Positions 62,949 to 64,000 of a stretch of 64,000 nt of DNA are shown here, piece by piece (positions within the stretch are counted from its first letter, which is position 1; each line of letters opens with the position of its first letter). The notes below the pieces were generated by a model. The model ran no database searches. It was not told the origin of the DNA and saw only the letters and a list, made by a program, of their open reading frames with translations. Source of the stretch: Pseudomonadota bacterium (lineage in GTDB: Bacteria; Pseudomonadota; Alphaproteobacteria; UBA1280; RI-95). The translations under genes and the position numbers were made by a program. The stretch is from positions 36,954 to 100,953 of the forward strand of contig WGLU01000003.1 of NCBI GenBank assembly GCA_016125375.1, written 5' to 3'.

Positions 62949-64000
62949 TGCGCCTCCTCCTTTATGCGGTTCAGGAGGGCGTCTATGTGCAACTGGTCGG
63001 CCTTGTAGTCCCCCAGCAAGGCGTACATCACAAGGTTGATGCCAAAACGCAGGGCCATTGTGCGCTGGGTTTCGCCGCCCGGAATGACGGGCCGCATGGG
63101 TTTGCTGTTTTCGTCAGCCGCCCAGGCTCCGACCCAGTCGTTACTGCCGACGATGACAGCGGCGGTTGCCGACGTGTTCTCAATCCAGACAGGTTGGCCG
63201 GTCACGCGGCCCGGGAACTGTCCGCGCATCAGATAGTAGGACCGTCCCAGTACGTGGGTATCGCGCAGCTCCATCAGGGGGCGTTTGACGATGCGGTTCA
63301 TAATCATTTCCGTGGCAGCGCCCGCATATCCCAGCTCCGTCTGGTTATCCAGCACCAGCAGGCCGCCATTTTGCATGTAGTGGCGCAATTTTTCCGCCGC
63401 TTCTACCGACATCGGCGGCGGGTTGGGAATCACCGACCAGTAAATCAGCGGGTAATAACCCAAGTCATCCGCGTCGAGGTCGAGCTTTTTTGGGGGCGCC
63501 GCCTCGACCGTTGTGCGGAAGCGCAGTAGTGCACTCAGGGTTTTGAGGCCTGACTCGGTTATCTGGTCGACAGTGGCATTGCCGCTGGATATCCAGCCGA
63601 TTTGGGTGGCGTAAGCCGCGTCTTGCGAAGGCATCTGGCCAAAGCCCTCCTGCGCGTGTGTGGGCTGTGCCGCGACCAGCAGGGCTAAGACGGCAAAGCC
63701 GAAGCGGCGGGCGAGGGTGCCCCAGACCCGCGCGAGGGTATCGAGCACAACCAACACGGCAAGGAGTGTGGCCAGATAGGGCTGGAACGGGATGCGCGCC
63801 GCACCTTCGCTATAGGTGCGTACGGACAGGCCTTTGAGGTCGTCACGGGTGACGGGCACACCGCGCATCTGCGGGCGGTTCAGGTTATGGGGAACGGGCG
63901 CACCGGCGGGGCCGTAAAAGCCGACGGGTGCGTCGCGGCTGACGACAGCGCCTTCTGTCAGCACAGTCAATGTATCGGGCACGGGGCGCGGGTTGCCGAA
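62945..64000 (-). CDS. DUF4159-like membrane-associated protein; the 5' end lies beyond the window
   Basis: The frame stays open past nt 64000. C-terminal 'RFGINLVMYALLG' is typical of DUF4159-type proteins found next to double-TM Bat-like genes. Confidence 0.35.
   Translation of the reverse strand, partial: FGNPRPVPDTLTVLTEGAVVSRDAPVGFYGPAGAPVPHNLNRPQMRGVPVTRDDLKGLSVRTYSEGAARIPFQPYLATLLAVLVVLDTLARVWGTLARRFGFAVLALLVAAQPTHAQEGFGQMPSQDAAYATQIGWISSGNATVDQITESGLKTLSALLRFRTTVEAAPPKKLDLDADDLGYYPLIYWSVIPNPPPMSVEAAEKLRHYMQNGGLLVLDNQTELGYAGAATEMIMNRIVKRPLMELRDTHVLGRSYYLMRGQFPGRVTGQPVWIENTSATAAVIVGSNDWVGAWAADENSKPMRPVIPGGETQRTMALRFGINLVMYALLGDYKADQLHIDALLNRIKEEAQ

Noticed and set aside
1-64000. CRISPR arrays, IS/transposase genes, prophage blocks, toxin-antitoxin pairs
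   Set aside because: No direct-repeat/spacer arrays, no DDE or serine recombinase signatures, and no phage structural genes were seen on either strand.

Overview
Dense, mostly housekeeping chromosomal segment, about 58-60% GC by eye, with an alphaproteobacterial gene order. Recognisable synteny blocks are rplU-rpmA-obg, DUF484-xerC, ffs-dnaX-ybaB-recR, gpmI-M23-ctpA-yibQ-rppH and nadD-rsfS-rlmH. The lineage is uncertain; several features are reminiscent of Rhodospirillales or Acetobacteraceae-like genomes, but I cannot confirm that. Coding content includes a GH13 alpha-glucosidase with glucokinase, a PHA module (phaR, a short PhaC-like synthase, phaA, later bdhA), a polyamine operon (ornithine decarboxylase behind a long structured leader, a deoxyhypusine-synthase-like gene, agmatinase), LPS genes (heptose kinase, kdsB, LpxH-like), many peptidases and redox proteins. 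RNA genes found by eye: tRNA-Val(GAC), tRNA-Gly(CCC), and an SRP/4.5S RNA upstream of dnaX. No CRISPR arrays, IS elements or phage integrases were seen. The most accessory-looking stretch is about 4 kb around tRNA-Gly (roughly 38.4-42.4 kb). It looks AT-richer than its surroundings and carries an orphan VirD4/TraG-like type IV coupling ATPase, two small unknown proteins, a SAM-methyltransferase and an ORF with no ATG start. That stretch is the best candidate for a degraded or repurposed mobile module. All calls rest on motif-level reading of the supplied translations. Coordinates of RNA and regulatory features are approximate, within a few nt.
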